Below, in pieces: positions 41,006-55,160 of a stretch of 64,000 nucleotides of DNA; the first letter of the stretch is position 1; each line of letters begins with the position of its first letter. Source of the DNA: Octopus vulgaris (taxonomy: Eukaryota). The stretch covers positions 55,552,001-55,616,000 of the forward strand of contig OX597821.1 of NCBI GenBank assembly GCA_951406725.2, in the 5' to 3' direction. The notes below the pieces were generated by a model. That model did no database searches. It worked only from the letters and a program-made list of their open reading frames with translations, and was not told the DNA's origin. Made by a program: the position numbers and the translations under genes.

Positions 41006-42035
41006 GAAGCAAAAGAAAAGATTTCCCTCTTCTCACACGGAGGGAAACCGGCGAGAACGTGGACGATAGTATTTGATGATATTATCCGACAAACATACAT
41101 ATATCACATAATCAAAATTTCATTCAAAAGAATAAATATCAAAGGACAAAATGTTAATTACAGAACTTTCGCCGGATTCGAACTCAAAAACACCAGACTA
41201 CTGTACATATATCTGCGACCTTATTTCTGTATAGAGAAACAATGTAAAATATGTTTCAAAAGGTTCGTCTATTTTATTGATAAAAACTTATTTACCTGCT
41301 GTCTGCATCCATCATTATTTAATCTTGCAATAATTTCTTTTGTTGCTTGAATGCTGGTTGCTTAATTCCCACCTCGATAAATACAATCACTAAAATTCTC
41401 TCCCTTAAGTGAATTTTGTAAGGAAACCCAATGTGAATATAAATGTCATTATTTCTATCCGTATCGTACCGTATGCAAATGACCCACTTTCTTGTGAAAC
41501 TTGATAACATTTCCTTCACGTATCAATTTAAAGCTCTGTGCTGATTTCAGAAATTAAAAATGTTCGTTTAGAATCAATTAATTTAAAAGCTGAATCAAGA
41601 AAAGTGATTGTCAAGGTAGAAACACGGGAGAACATTTCATGTCTTAAATAAGAAAACAATATTTTAAAATCTTGTGTCAGATTTATTCCCTAAACCATTG
41701 CTTCAAAGTTCGTCTTGCCAGATACAGAACAAAACATTTTTCAAACATGTTTCTTCTTTCCTGTCATTTTCTATCCATGCCAAAACAATCCACAAATGAA
41801 AACTTTTCGTTGATAATCGCTATAATTCCTTCATGAACATCTGTCAGCTTTGTCAAGTTAAGAAAGCACGTTTCTGACATTCAGGCCATGCTGGAGATTA
41901 TATCCGGGCCTCTACAGTAGTACAGTTGCCGGATGGTTCTTCACTTCTATTCCATTGTTTGTCGTTTAGAGAATGTTGAAGGTTAATGAAGGCGATTATA
42001 GTGGTGAATGTTAGTTTTGACAGATGTTGTCGATT

Positions 42036-42109
<74 letters not shown>

Positions 42110-42124
42110 TAATAATAATAATAA

Positions 42125-42402
42125 TAAATATTCCATTTATTTGCCACAAGGGCGAAAGATGAAAGAAACAATACAAAGACAGGCATAAAGTGTGGGGGGT
42201 TACATATAATGAGATGATAAAACTTTTGTTTTTGTAATGAAAGTATACGCGGTATGCACTGACAAAAGAAGTGACATATACATAGCATACAACGGTTACA
42301 CAAAAAAAGGGGGTGATGATGGAGATGTAGCCCTCCTGATACAGAAAGGCCTCTAGGGATAATCGACGAGCGCAACCATCATCGCCATCGCTTTTAACAT
42401 AA

Positions 42403-42407
<5 letters not shown>
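42125..42407 (-). mobile_element. Probable LINE 3' end nested in (TAA)n
   Basis: End TTTATTTGCCACAAGGGC resembles the 63500 end TTTATTAGCCACACAGGGC; (TAA)n on both sides. Confidence 0.45.
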
Positions 42408-42494
<87 letters not shown>

Positions 42495-42495
<1 letters not shown>

Positions 42496-43109
42496 GCTGC
42501 CCAGTCCTGGCTAAGAAGGAATATATTCACAGACATGACAGAGTTGGAACCTACATACATTGGAAGCTATGCCAACATTATGGAATAACAACAGAAAAAA
42601 GATGGTATAGGCACACACCAGAAAAGGTCACAGAAAACGAGAAAGCAACCATACTCTGGGATATGCCGATACATACAGATAGAGAAATTAAGGCCAACAG
42701 ACCAGATATAGTTGTCAGAGATCATGAAGAAAAAAATGCTTTCTTATTGATGTATCAATACCGGCAGATGACAACGTGTCTCTAAAAGAAATGGAGAAAC
42801 CCTCAAAATACAAAGACCTGGAAATAGAGATAACTAGAATGTGGAACCTGAAAACAGAAACAATTCCTATCATAGTAGGTGCATTAGGCATGATAAAAAA
42901 ATATTCAGACAAATACATAACAAAAACACCAGGACTTACAAACACATATAACATACAGAAAATTGCACTACTAGGCACTGCACACATCCTACGCAGAACA
43001 CTTTCCATACAATAACCATCAGAGCATCACAAGAAATCACAGCACATACCCAAGGCACACAGAGCTGTGCTCGGTAGTGAAGTGAAAGCACGCTATAAAA
43101 ATAAAACTA

Positions 43110-43113
<4 letters not shown>
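42495..43113 (+). mobile_element. Second, shorter R4/Dong-like copy (RLE and 3' UTR) in (TAA)n
   Basis: Near-identical to 34884-35503; flanked by (TAA)n, then (GAA)n. Confidence 0.92.
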
Positions 43114-43202
<89 letters not shown>

Positions 43203-45318
43203 AAGAAGAAGAAGAAGAAGAAGAAGAAGAAGAAGAAGGAGAAGAAGAAGAAGAGCAACAACAATAGCAACAACTAAAGAGTAACATCAAAGGCAACTAA
43301 AATAACATTAAAAGTAGAAGAGACCAGTTCTAAAAGAGGTTGCTCCAAATATTCCGAAGAGCTGGTTTGAGAAGTTGGAGTGAATAGAAATACAACGCTG
43401 AAGTACCGGATGTAGAGAAAATTAGAAAGCTTTGACTTGATATACTGAGGAAGAAATATATCCACAGTGAGGTAGCGCGTTTGATAGAAAAATTAGCGAA
43501 TGAAAAAACAACAGAAAAAACCCCTCAAAAAAACACACCTGACGAAATCTCGTTGCACCTACTTTGTCGAGCGGTAACTGTGTATGAGTGTAGATGTAAC
43601 CACTTCACTATTCTTGGATTTGTGAGTTTGTTGGTTTTACACTTCTGTGTTCCTTCTTGCATCTGTGATTTTTGTTACTGTTGATGGGGGTATTGTTGCT
43701 AATACTTTTGGCATGGCTTTTGCGTTGTTTGTTGTTAAGGAGTTAGTGTTGCTGTCATATCTTATGGTTTTATCCGATCTTTTTCAAGTTCTTTTTGTGG
43801 TTCTACTTCATCACAAAGTCTGGTTGTCAGCTAGAGAGCTCCGACTCGGACGGAAGCGGGGCACGTCTTCATGTGTGTGCATGTGTTGATTCGCTTTGCT
43901 ACATGTGAGAGGGGACGAAAAATGACTGGAGGAGAGAATGGCGAACTGGGGTATCCTCTGGGTGGTGATATTGTTCTTATTATTGCTAATATTGACAACT
44001 TACATGTTGGTGTTTCTCCTGTTGCTCTTGTCACAGTTGCTGCTACGATTATATCTTTTGCCCCAGTCTGTTGTTGCCGCTGCTGTTTTTGTAGCGTTGT
44101 TTTGTTGTTACTCCGCTCCTGATATTGCTATTGTTGTTGTGGTTTCTACTGCTTCTGTTGTTGTTGCGACAGCCGTGGTTTCCGAGGCAATAGGAAACTT
44201 CTTTCTACTTTCTTGGCTTAGTTGCGTACACAGAAGGTCATTACTTCAACAAAATGGCGTCCAGGTTTTACCGTCCACAATTACTTGCAACTTCAGCCCG
44301 TTCATCAGGCGGATCAGAGAAGTATGAAATTCTTTAAGATCTTCTGGTTTTCTATGAAAAAGTATCTCCAAAGTGGTTCCAAACTAGTTCTCCTATCTCC
44401 TTTTCACATCCAGCTGAGTGTTCATTCCTTCAACACGCCGCAGAGAAACGAGCCTCTAGATATCCAGTCCTGGTAGGACACCCGGTATTATTAGCCTAAT
44501 AGTCTTTCTTTTCTAATTGTGGGAACGGCGAGCAATTAATATTGAACTGCGAGAACCTGTGACATACTGAACGCCTACACCGAAGATACAAGCTAAGATA
44601 TCCTACCATACATCCTAGAAGACTGTTTCATCATACGTATTTGTCGTTGTTTCCAGACAATGCCTTTTCAGTGACACACAGCAATAAATTATCGTTCTTC
44701 TAGCATTCGCAGAGAAAGTCTGAATGGGAGTGCGAGAGCTTCACATCTCACATAAAATTGTCCCACTTATTTTCCAGGCAGAAGTTGTACAGCTCTCTAT
44801 AGAACGTTACTATAACCTAGGGAGTTTTGCCAATGATGACGCTAATCTTTCTATTGTTGGTGTTGTTACTGAGTTATCATTTTCCTCTTCTCTCACGCTT
44901 GTTGCTTTTGTCACTGCTAGCGTAGTTGTTATTGCTGGAGTTTCCGTTGCTTCTGCTGTTGTTGATGTAATTTTTCTAAGCTCTGTTGTTTTTGCTGCTG
45001 TTTTTAAAAGTGTCCTTTCCCATTCACAAATAACTTTGCCCTCGCAGCCACCTATTCACTTAACATGGTCTTGAAACTGGTCGCTTTCAAAACAGCTTTC
45101 AGATGACAGTTATAATTGTTGTTGTTATTGTTGCTCTTGTATTTATCAATAGTACTCAAAAGCTGTTTTCAAATCACTGCAATTGCTACTACTGCTTGGC
45201 ACATTACTTCTGACTGTAATAGTAAGGGAACTCCTCACTAGTGAGAGCGGTGATGACATGACATATCACGTCACAAATGTATTAGTGGAAGTATTTCTTT
45301 TTAGTGGATGGGATGGAA

Positions 45319-45598
45319 GCACTCCGTCGGTTACGACGACGAGGGTTCCGGTTGATCCGAATCAACGGAACAGCCTGCTCGTGAAATTAACGTGTAAGTG
45401 GCTGAGCACTCCACAGACACGTGTACCCTTAACGTAGTTCTCGGGGATATTCAGCGTGACACAGAGAGTGACAAGGCCGGCCCTTTGAAATACAGGTACA
45501 ACAGAAACAGGAAGTAAGAGTGAGAGAAAGTTGTGGTGAAAGAGTACAGCAGGGATCACCACCATCCCCTGCCGGAGCCTCGTGGAGCTTTAGGTGTT
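45319..45598 (-). mobile_element. SINE family B, 5'-truncated
   Basis: Reverse complement of ~15238-15517. Confidence 0.9.
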
Positions 45599-45790
45599 TA
45601 TATGTGCCAAAATTTGAAACCAATATCCAACCCTATCTGCAGATTCCGTTTGCAACTATGTGCCACATAACCACTTCAATCATTTTCTAGCTAAAGATAG
45701 ACCCTTTACGTATAGGAATGGTAACTTCTCGGAAAAGAAGCCATATATTTTGTTGAAGAAGCATGTACAGCTTTCGTGGAGCTTTATATG

Positions 45791-45847
<57 letters not shown>

Positions 45848-46512
45848 GTGTGTATGTGTGTATGTGTGTATAGATATAGATATATATGACTAGATGTATA
45901 TGTGCGTGTGTGTCTCTAACAGCTTCTATGTATCATCTATCTACCTATCCATCTCTGTTTTTCTCTCTCTCCCCTCCCTCCCCTCTCTCTCTCTCTCTGT
46001 ATATATATATAACACTTTGATCTTACCCTAAATGCTATATACGTACAGAATAAATATATACCAATATAAATTCCAACAGATTTGCATTTGAACAAGACAA
46101 GATTATGCGTCTCGGGAGGAGTCCATAAAGCCTAAAATAATGTTAAGCAAGTAACAACATCTGTCTATGGGAAAAGTATATAGCAGAATAAAACACTCTA
46201 AATATGTTCACACATGACAAAATATATATAAAAAATTACTTATATTTGTCGGATAGTAATTGTGAAAACAACAGCGACTCAGGATTTGGGAAATAAAAAC
46301 CATATTACTGGATTTCGTCCTGGTTATTATAAAATGCAAGAAATAAATGAAACGCAGTCAAAGGGTGGCTAACTTTGAAGAACGAATACTCTCACATGCT
46401 AATGGTGCTGACGGACATTTCAAAATTTTAGTTATATTGAATCAAATTCATTCATGTGTGTATGTGCGTATGCGTGTGTTCGTATGTGTGTTTATGTGTG
46501 TGTGTATATGTA

Positions 46513-46862
46513 TACTCTTTTACACTTTTACTTGTTTCAGTCATTTTACTGCCACCATGCTGGAGCGCTGCCTTTAGTTGAGCATATCAACCCGGGGACT
46601 TATTCTTTATCAGCCTAGTACTTAATCTACCGGTTTCTTTTGCCAAACCGCTACGTGACAGGGACATAAACACACAAACATCGGTTGTCAAACAATGCTA
46701 AGGGACAAACACAGACACACAAACATACACACACACACACACACACATATACATATACATGTACGACGGGCCTCTTTCAGTTTCCGTCTACCAGATCCAC
46801 TCACAAGGCTTTGGTCGGCCCAAGGCTATTGTAGAAGACACTTGCCCAAGATGCCACGCAGT
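46513..46862 (-). mobile_element. SINE family A, lacking the head
   Basis: Matches 2311-2685. Confidence 0.88.
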
Positions 46863-47277
46863 ATATACATTCTTTCTAATAATTTGTGGCACTGAACGTC
46901 ATTTCATTTTAACATAGCTATACTGTGTATTATACTGTTTAGCTTTTATATTATCCCTTATACTTTATATTTTATGTGTTTTAGTCTTGGACAGCGGTAT
47001 TTCATCAGACGAATTGACTTCGGCAGTTATTTTTTTTAACTTAGAATTTATTCTCTCGGCCGATGTGCAAACCCTTAGGTTATGAGGAAGTAAACAAACA
47101 ATGGCTGTGAAGCGGCTGTGAGGGACAAACGCAAATACACACATACACGCACACACTCACACGTGTGTGTGTGTTTGTGTTTGTATATTATGTATGTAGA
47201 TAGGGTAAAATCTCAGCTGTCTCCTCTTGAAGCTTATCTGCTTATTCCACCATAATCTAGGATGTAATTACTGTCGT

Positions 47278-47314
<37 letters not shown>

Positions 47315-47920
47315 GGAGAGTTTAGGAAAATATATATATGGAGAGTTTAGGAAAAAAAACAAAAGACGAAAAAGGGTGGCGTACAAAACAAACAGATGTA
47401 TTAGTATAACGTTAAGGAATAGAAAAAAAGTCTTTTACGTTTAGAGCCTACACTCTTCTACAGAAATGACACAGAAAAAACAAGGAGAGAAACAAGGAGA
47501 AAAAAACATGTGTAGTGGCTAACGATCTATCATGGCGACTAGTGCCGGACAGAAGGGTCAAACACAGGAAGGAAAGTAGGGGAGATAACAAGGTAAAGAT
47601 GACCCCCAACACAAAGGTGCGTGTGTGTATAAGAGAGTATGTATGTGAGTGTGAAAGAGGGCTGTGGTCTGGACGTGTGCGTGTATGTATGTGTAGGTGT
47701 GAAGATGTGGGGATGGGTGTGTGGGTGGTGTGTTGTGATGTGATGTGTAATGTTGTATGGTGTAGTGTGGTGTGGTGTGGTGTGATGTTGTTGGGAGGTG
47801 GGAGAGGCGAGAGTGGGGAAAGCACAGGTGGGGTGTGGGTTCGGTTGGAGGGTTAGGGTAGAGTTGGGGTTTGTAGGTGGGCAGAGGGTGGGGGTAGAGG
47901 TGGGGTATGTGGGGATACAT
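47315..47920 (-). mobile_element. Interspersed repeat with degenerate HHR (47432-47466), between TA-rich tracts
   Basis: Minus TTT-CTGTAGA-A-GAGT-GTAG-GCTC-TAAA-CG-TA^AAAG; same layout as the 60196-60231 motif; homologous to 18361-18760. Confidence 0.7.
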
Positions 47921-47965
47921 TCATACATGTATACATACATATATATATATATGCATATATATATA

Positions 47966-48313
47966 TACTCTTTTACTTGTTTCAGTCATTTGACTGTGGC
48001 CATGCTGGAGCACCTCCATTTAGTCGAGCAAATCGACCCCAGGACTTATTCTTTGTAAGCCTAGTACTTATTCTATCGGTCTCTTTTGCCGAACCGCTAA
48101 GTTACGGGGACGTAAACACACAGACACACAAACATGCACACACATATATATACATATATACAACGGGCTTCTTTCAGTTTCCGTCTACCAAATCCACTCA
48201 CAAGGCTTTGGTCGGCCCGAGGCTATAGTAGAAGACACTTACCCAAGGTGCCACGCAGTGGGAATGAACCCGGAACCGTGTGGTTGGTAAGCAAGCTACT
48301 TACCACACAGCCT
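47966..48313 (-). mobile_element. SINE family A
   Basis: Matches 2311-2745. Confidence 0.9.
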
Positions 48314-48314
48314 C

Positions 48315-48352
<38 letters not shown>

Positions 48353-48356
<4 letters not shown>

Positions 48357-48709
48357 TGTTATATTTCGGAATGGTCATTTTGCCAGTTTAGCCAATAAAA
48401 ACACACGCACTATATATTTGGTGTTATTTTGCTTCAGTGTTATTTATTTTTTACATTAATCTTAATCTTATTTCGGCCAGAGTTCTTTCGTCACACTCCT
48501 GTGACCGCATCAGTGGTCCTTTGTTTTCTTCTTTCTTATTTGTGTCTCTCCTTACTAACCGTCAGCCATTTTGTATTTCTACTGTATGTTTTCATTTGCG
48601 CATGCTTATATTGGCTAAACTGGCAAAATGACCATTCCGAAATATAACAATATCTGTTTCAACACACGACTTCACATAAAAAATCTTGCACAACAAATAT
48701 TTAAACGTA
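48353..48709. mobile_element. Short inverted-repeat element in (TA)n with an internal hammerhead
   Basis: Perfect ~45-bp IR 48353-48397/48609-48653; the copy at 57367 shows the full arm is ~100 bp. Confidence 0.85.
48475..48519 (-). ncRNA. Minimal hammerhead variant
   Basis: GGACCA-CTGATGC-G-GTCAC-AGGAGT-GTGAC-GAAA-GAAC-TC^TGGCC; all three stems can form; A9C plus one extra base. Confidence 0.65.
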
Positions 48710-50897
48710 CTATATATATATATACATACACACAAACACACACTTACTCACACACATACGTACATAGACATGTGATGCACTCCCAAGACTTTGGCCGGAC
48801 CAAGCTATAGCAGGAGACACTTGCCCCAGCTGCTACGCACTAAAACTATGTGACCCGAAAGCAAACGCTTTAGAACACATAGTTCTTGTGTTTAGAAAAG
48901 GAAACAACAATTGTTGCCTATATGAAGAGAATGTTACACGCCTCTATAGGTCGATGTTACACAAATTATTAATTATCTACTGTGATGGTGAGTCGTTCAT
49001 CAAGAAACTCCGTATCTTTGACGAAACGAAATTATCTTCCTCATATTTCATTGAATAGTTTGTATCGATCTCTAGGTATGCATCCAGTTACATCTATGCA
49101 CTTGCATTTGTTACCGTAGCTACTCTTAAACATTTCTTTATATGAGAAAAAAGTGACAGACATGTAGCCTTTTTAAGACTGGTTACTTGAAGTATAAAAT
49201 AAAAGGACGAGAAACATGTTTAAAATTATAGAAAGTTTGAGACATGCTAAAATACTGAAGATCCATTGTCATGATATCTACCTGATTCTATTTTATTGGA
49301 AATAAGTCTTTGAATTTATAGAAATTGATGAGTTTGGATGTTCTTGTTTGTGAGAGAAAGGACGTTACTCATGATTAATACGATATCTTCCTTTGATCAT
49401 ATGGATAGTTGGAAAACGATGAGAAATATTTATTGTTAATATGGATCTTGATGATTTTGAGTTTTAGTGTACAATAGAAAGATGTGATGCTCATGCCTTT
49501 AACAACTTCAGCGCCTGACATTATATCGTTATAGATAATAACTAAGAGAAATAGTGTAAGGTATTGGGGAAGAAAGGAAGAAACACTCTTGAATATTGCA
49601 TTCATCTTTGATCTGCTGGAGGTAATACATTAGCGACTCCATATCTATGAGAGATCAGAGCAAGAACCTAATCGTTGTCGTCATCGTCATCGTCATCATC
49701 ATCAGTAGCAGAAGCATTTTCTCCAAGAAATAGAAAGCAAACGCACGAAATGTTACCGATTTTACATAACTTATCAGATTTACTATATTAAACCATTCAT
49801 CAGAGAAAGAAAACACGCCCATCCATGCAAGCGTACATGTGTGTATATGCATAAAGATACGCATGTGAATGTGTGTGTGTGTGTATGTGCCCGTGTGTGT
49901 GTGCACGTGTGTGTGTGCACGTGTGTGCGCGTTTGTGTGTGTGTGTATGCGTGCGTGTGTGTGTGTTAGAGGTAATTCTTTTTAATAACTTGACATATGA
50001 TGGTATTAAATCTAATTTTTCTATATTTTGCAACACATTAATCAGAAAGTATATGACATATTACGTTATATAGAAAAATAAATTAAGTATTGTACAACGG
50101 TTTAGACATACCATTTAAATCTCTGATTCTGATTATACATATCACTTCTGCCAATTTCTGGTAAAGAGTTAATGATTTAATTACCTTCCACTAATATTTA
50201 ATTTAGTTAGTTTAATTTGAAACAGAAATATTCAAAATATTTATTAAATGTTTCCACTCAGAGAGTATCTATGAACAATATGTGAAATATTTCATGACAG
50301 ATTTAAACATAATAAAACACGGTGGTTTCTCATAATCTGCGTGACAATTATTTCAAAATAAATTATGAGGTGCTGTCGATCACTGGTGTATTTTCTTAAT
50401 TAGACACACAAAAATAAAAGAGTGTTTGTATACAGGGAAACGTCCGTATACATTTGTAGCTATTACTAAATATATAATGATAAATCAGTATGAGTATCAT
50501 TCTGCGTATGTGTGCTTGTCTTTGTGTGCATATGTGTATGGATGTGTGTGTATGTGCATGTGTGTATGGGTATGTGCGTAGGTTTGTGTCTGTGGAGTAA
50601 ATGTGCGTTATTCTCTGAGAGTGTGTCTGTGCGTGTGTATTTGTGTGTGCATGTGTGTGCGCGTGTGTATGTGTGTGCGCATATATATACATCCATGTAC
50701 ATACATACGTATATACATATATATACATATATGTGTGTATATATATATAATATAATATAATATAATATAATATAAATAATATATAAATATATGCATATAT
50801 ACATACATATATGTACACACCCACATATATATGTATATATACATGCATATATGGGTACAGGACATCAAATATATATATGTATATATATATATATGTG

Positions 50898-50994
<97 letters not shown>

Positions 50995-51341
50995 CACTAA
51001 CCATAAGGACACACTGGGCGTCTAACGTGCTTGCTTGAAAATATTCAGATGTGAACATTCATAAAGATATTATTATTGTTAACATTATCTGCAGTGAATA
51101 TAAGATATTGAGAAACAGAGCAATTATTCGGTGCTGATGAAGAGAAATAATCTAGAATTCACGATACACAGATATTTTAACATTTTGAGCTGAGTGGGGA
51201 TGCTAAATTCCCTTATTCAAAAATATAAGTACACAGATCGTGCCGTACAGCCAGCTGGAGATGATGTCTCCTGGGGCTAAATTATAGCAACATTAGTCCT
51301 AAACCAGGACTGCCATGTTTATGTTGGCAAACAATCTTTAC

Positions 51342-52831
51342 TACAGGGGTTTTGTTGTCTGATGTTAGAGGCATGTTTCCTACTAATTCGAGGGTGCTGA
51401 TTTCAAAAATGAAATCCACTTTGCTCTATCACGTCAAGAGTGTTCACAAACTGAGATGTCCATTTTTTAACACTTCTGGTATTGTCACCATTTCTAAAGT
51501 TAGATTTGACTTCATGAAATGCGAACCCACGTTTGGAGCTTGACATAACTTTGAAAACATGATTTTACAATGTCATTTAAAGTAAATACAACTACAAAGT
51601 AAAAACAAAATTTATGTTTTAAGTATCTTTGAATGTGCCTTTAATGTTTTGCTTGAAGTTACTTAAGTCAAAGTCACTTTTCGTGAAGCATGATTAAAAA
51701 AACTGTAAAAAGAACTTCATGTTATGTATGCTTTTTATGGAACTATGCCATCAAAAATCTGCATTTGCTTACTTTATCACTGTTGACTATTCTGAAAATG
51801 CTTTCCCAGCTGACAACTCTTTTTTGAACATGTTTTGTATTTCAGAAATATGACCAGTTGTGAAAGAAGAGGATGTAAAAACAGTCCCGATGTCTTCAGC
51901 TATTTCTGGAATACGCAATGAAAACAATCACAGATTTTGTGAAGAAAGCTTACATTATTTATTTACATTAGCATGAAACTGGGTGACTAGACAAAGATTG
52001 GGCATCCCATATAGTGTGCAAAACATGTGTTGAAATACTGAAACAGTGACTGATTCAAATAGTTAACTAGATTTGTCTTGTGAGAAAAATAAGATTGGAG
52101 TGTTTGATGAGCCACATATTCGGTGACTATCGACGGACGAGCTATTTATGGAGACCATATCTGCCATTGAAAAAGAAGCATGGAATGCTTTTGTTACAGC
52201 TGAATAGGATTTCCCGAGAAACAGGAAGCCATCAAATTACGAAGATCTTGTACGGACCCTGTTAACCAGTTTTCGAGCACTGGGCTGCGATATGAGTGCA
52301 AATATACATTTCCTGTACAGTCTTCTGGACTGTTTCCTTGAAAATCCTAAGTCAGTAGTGATGAGCAAGGAAAAATATTTCACCAAAACATAGAGAACAT
52401 GGGGACTAGGTATCAATGCAGATGGAACACCAACATGCTGCTGTCTACTGCTGATCACTGCAAAGAGATTGTCATGATGCAATTTATTCACATAAAGCAG
52501 CAAAGAGAAAGTTCATTCCTTGAGCAGCTGAAACTCCAGTTTGGTAGAAATATCTATTGTAAGATGTGTAATTAAACATTTTGTGTAATATATCTGTTAA
52601 ACAATAAAATGTACTATTTGGTTTGTGTTAGTTTCTAATTTCAGCATTGCATTTAATGGCAAAATTGACATTTTTTTTCTTTTGGCAAAACAATGAATTC
52701 CTGTTTAACAAGAACTTTAACGTAATAGAACATTTCTGGGGGCATTTCTGAACACAACACCATCAAATTAGATAGGACTAATTGTAAAAAGCGAGACAAC
52801 TAAATTTTTGTTTTTGAAATGTTCCCCAGTG
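51342..52831 (+). mobile_element. Chapaev3-like (CMC) DNA transposon, internally deleted and decayed
   Basis: DKDWASHIVCKTCVE, EKEAWNAF, LGCDMSANIHFLYS, SDEQGKIFHQ..RYQCRWNTNML; right terminus TTCCCCAGTG; family name from recalled motifs. Confidence 0.75.
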
Positions 52832-54252
52832 TAATAACAACAGCAATAATATAGGTGGTTACAGGTATTAAATGGCATCAAATAGCTATAAAATTAAAAT
52901 TAGCACTAAGCATAAGGGCGCACTGGACGTCTAAAGTGTTGAGGGATGTCAATAAGGAGGGAATATTAACAACAATATCTCTTTGAATGTTTGCATCTGA
53001 ATATTCACTTCTTATTGAAATTTTTGCACTGAGACAGTTCTGCGTTTGGCCCAAAACAAATCAGAACACCGCCAGGGTTCAACATGACGCGTTTTGATTG
53101 TTTTTCTCTAGGTAAGTGTGCGCCACTTATGACATAGACTACTCCCCCACACTTTTAGTTACAGTTATATTTATTTTTTTAATTACTTCCTTTATTTACA
53201 ACTACCCTATAACGGTTTTAGATTCCTTTGGTTTTAAATTTAACTGAACATTTGTAAAGATGGTTGGACTTTGGTCAATCCCACTACAAACAACAGGTGG
53301 TTGATCTTTAGAATATTTCAGTAAGTATACTATTGTAACAACTCCACGGGTGATTTTTGGATAAATATTTACGAAATCATAAGTACTATTCTTTTTCTAC
53401 AATTATTGGTGCATCCTGTTAAACTTAAGTACTTGTTTTGTTTTCTTATTATCTGTACACCCTGGTACCCCTAAAGAAAAATTAACCCACGAATTATTTT
53501 TCTAGTTTTTTTTGCTAGTTTATTCACTTGCTCACGTATTTCAAGCTTCACACTGCAAAATAATATTCTAATTTATTTTCCCTTCCCTGATGAAGTTCCA
53601 TGTATTAGATCGGATGTGCTATAAAAATTACGAATATTATTCTGATAATGTTTTTGCGGTACCGACCGACATAGGCAGCAGAACCGGCTGTAAGCAATGT
53701 TCAAGTTGTGTATTAAAAATATTTAACCGTTGGTAGTCAATTTCATTGTTGATCAAAAGTTTTCTCCATTTGCTGCTCATTTCAAATTTGATTCTTGACA
53801 AACTCTTGTTTATTCTGTTATTACTAGTATCCTATGTGCATAGTATGCTTGCATATCCATACCCAGGGTTAACATAGGTAAGTTATACCGGTAATTTTTT
53901 AACGGATATTCTTATCGCTTAGATGGTTATTCCAACTGCAAACTCTACCTACCTTTAAATATAGATATATAAATATACACATATAGATACACATAGATAT
54001 ATAGAGAGCATATAGATAATTATAACTAAATGTATTCATGAGATAAACACATATAGTGCCATTCAGCACCCTCAGTCGAAATTAATGTCGATTAAATATA
54101 TATATATAGATATAGATACAGATATATGCGGAGAGAGAGAGAGAGAGAGACAAAAAAACTTATTATGTACTACACAGGTAGAAATATTAGAAAAATAGAA
54201 GTTGAAAATGCATTGAGAACAGTCAAAATATTTTTCTATTATTATGTTTAAA

Positions 54253-54295
54253 GCTTTAACCGGTTTCACAGTTTACACTGATTTTCAAACATCTG
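54253..54295 (-). ncRNA. Degenerate hammerhead downstream of the GIY-YIG remnant
   Basis: TTGAAAA-TCAG-TGTAAA-CTGT-GAAA-CCGG-TT; GAAACCGGT is typical of Penelope-type minimal HHRs. Confidence 0.5.
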
Positions 54296-54887
54296 AAAGA
54301 GAAAGACGAGTCTATGTTTTCCTTCTGATTAGTGTTTGAAGCTTACCCTATTGCTATAAGGAGTTCGTGGCTCAAATTAGTATATGTTTTGAAAAGGATT
54401 TGATTGGTAAGAGGATAGTCATGTTACTTGTCTTAGACATTTTTGTAGGTTCCCTGCTACGTCCATGTGTTAGTATCAACTGACAATATTTAGCGAAGCT
54501 AAAGCTGACACAGCTGACTGAAAAGTTCTAGTGGCAGTACTAAACAATGCTCTGAGTATTTTCTGTGAGGTGTTTGTAGAAAATGAACACGTGATCAATT
54601 GTAGAGCCTTCTCAACGTTTCCCGCTACGTTCGTGCGTTAGTGACAAGTTTCAGTATATTTTGCGCCTGGAATGAAGACCAATACGGTTGAGTAAATATA
54701 TTTAGTTACAATTTCAAATATATTTCGTAAACAATCAATAATCAATAATCTATCTGGTGAGAGAGTATACAGGAGTCGTTGTTATGTAGTCAAGTGGCTA
54801 AAGTTTAGGTTGTTAGCTGTGTAGGTTCTTCATGGCAAGTGTCAGAATGTGTTTTGTGTGTGAATAGTTATTTGTGTTTGTACTTTG

Positions 54888-55160
54888 TTAAAGTTTGTTA
54901 AGTCTGGGTTTGCCCTTTTGTATGAAGGAATTCTCTTTGTTTATCCGTGTTTCATTTGTGGTATTCACTGAACATAGTTAGAGTTGGAAGACTTGAAAAA
55001 TCTTTTTGTTCATATGTCTATGTGTTCACTCAGTGGAATCTGTCCAGCACTGGGGTCTTGTATTTGTTGTCGGTGAGTGGTCAGTTTATTTCTTAGAGTA
55101 AGCTTTGTTTGACCTATGTATTCTCCATTATATCCTTGAGATTTAATATCGTATGTATAG
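54888..55160 (-). pseudogene. Penelope-like element GIY-YIG endonuclease remnant
   Basis: YTYDIKSQGYNGEYIGQTKLTLRNKLTTHRQQI...PLSEHIDI* then RINKENSFIQKGKPRLNKL*. Confidence 0.8.

Noticed and set aside
43640-45140. Hydrophobic V/A/L-rich ORFs
   Set aside because: They derive from degenerate (GTT/GCT)n low-complexity sequence.
53585-53640. CCTGATGAAG as a possible HHR core (likewise ~44303 and ~47002 on the minus strand)
   Set aside because: No stem II followed by GAAA and a UH site.
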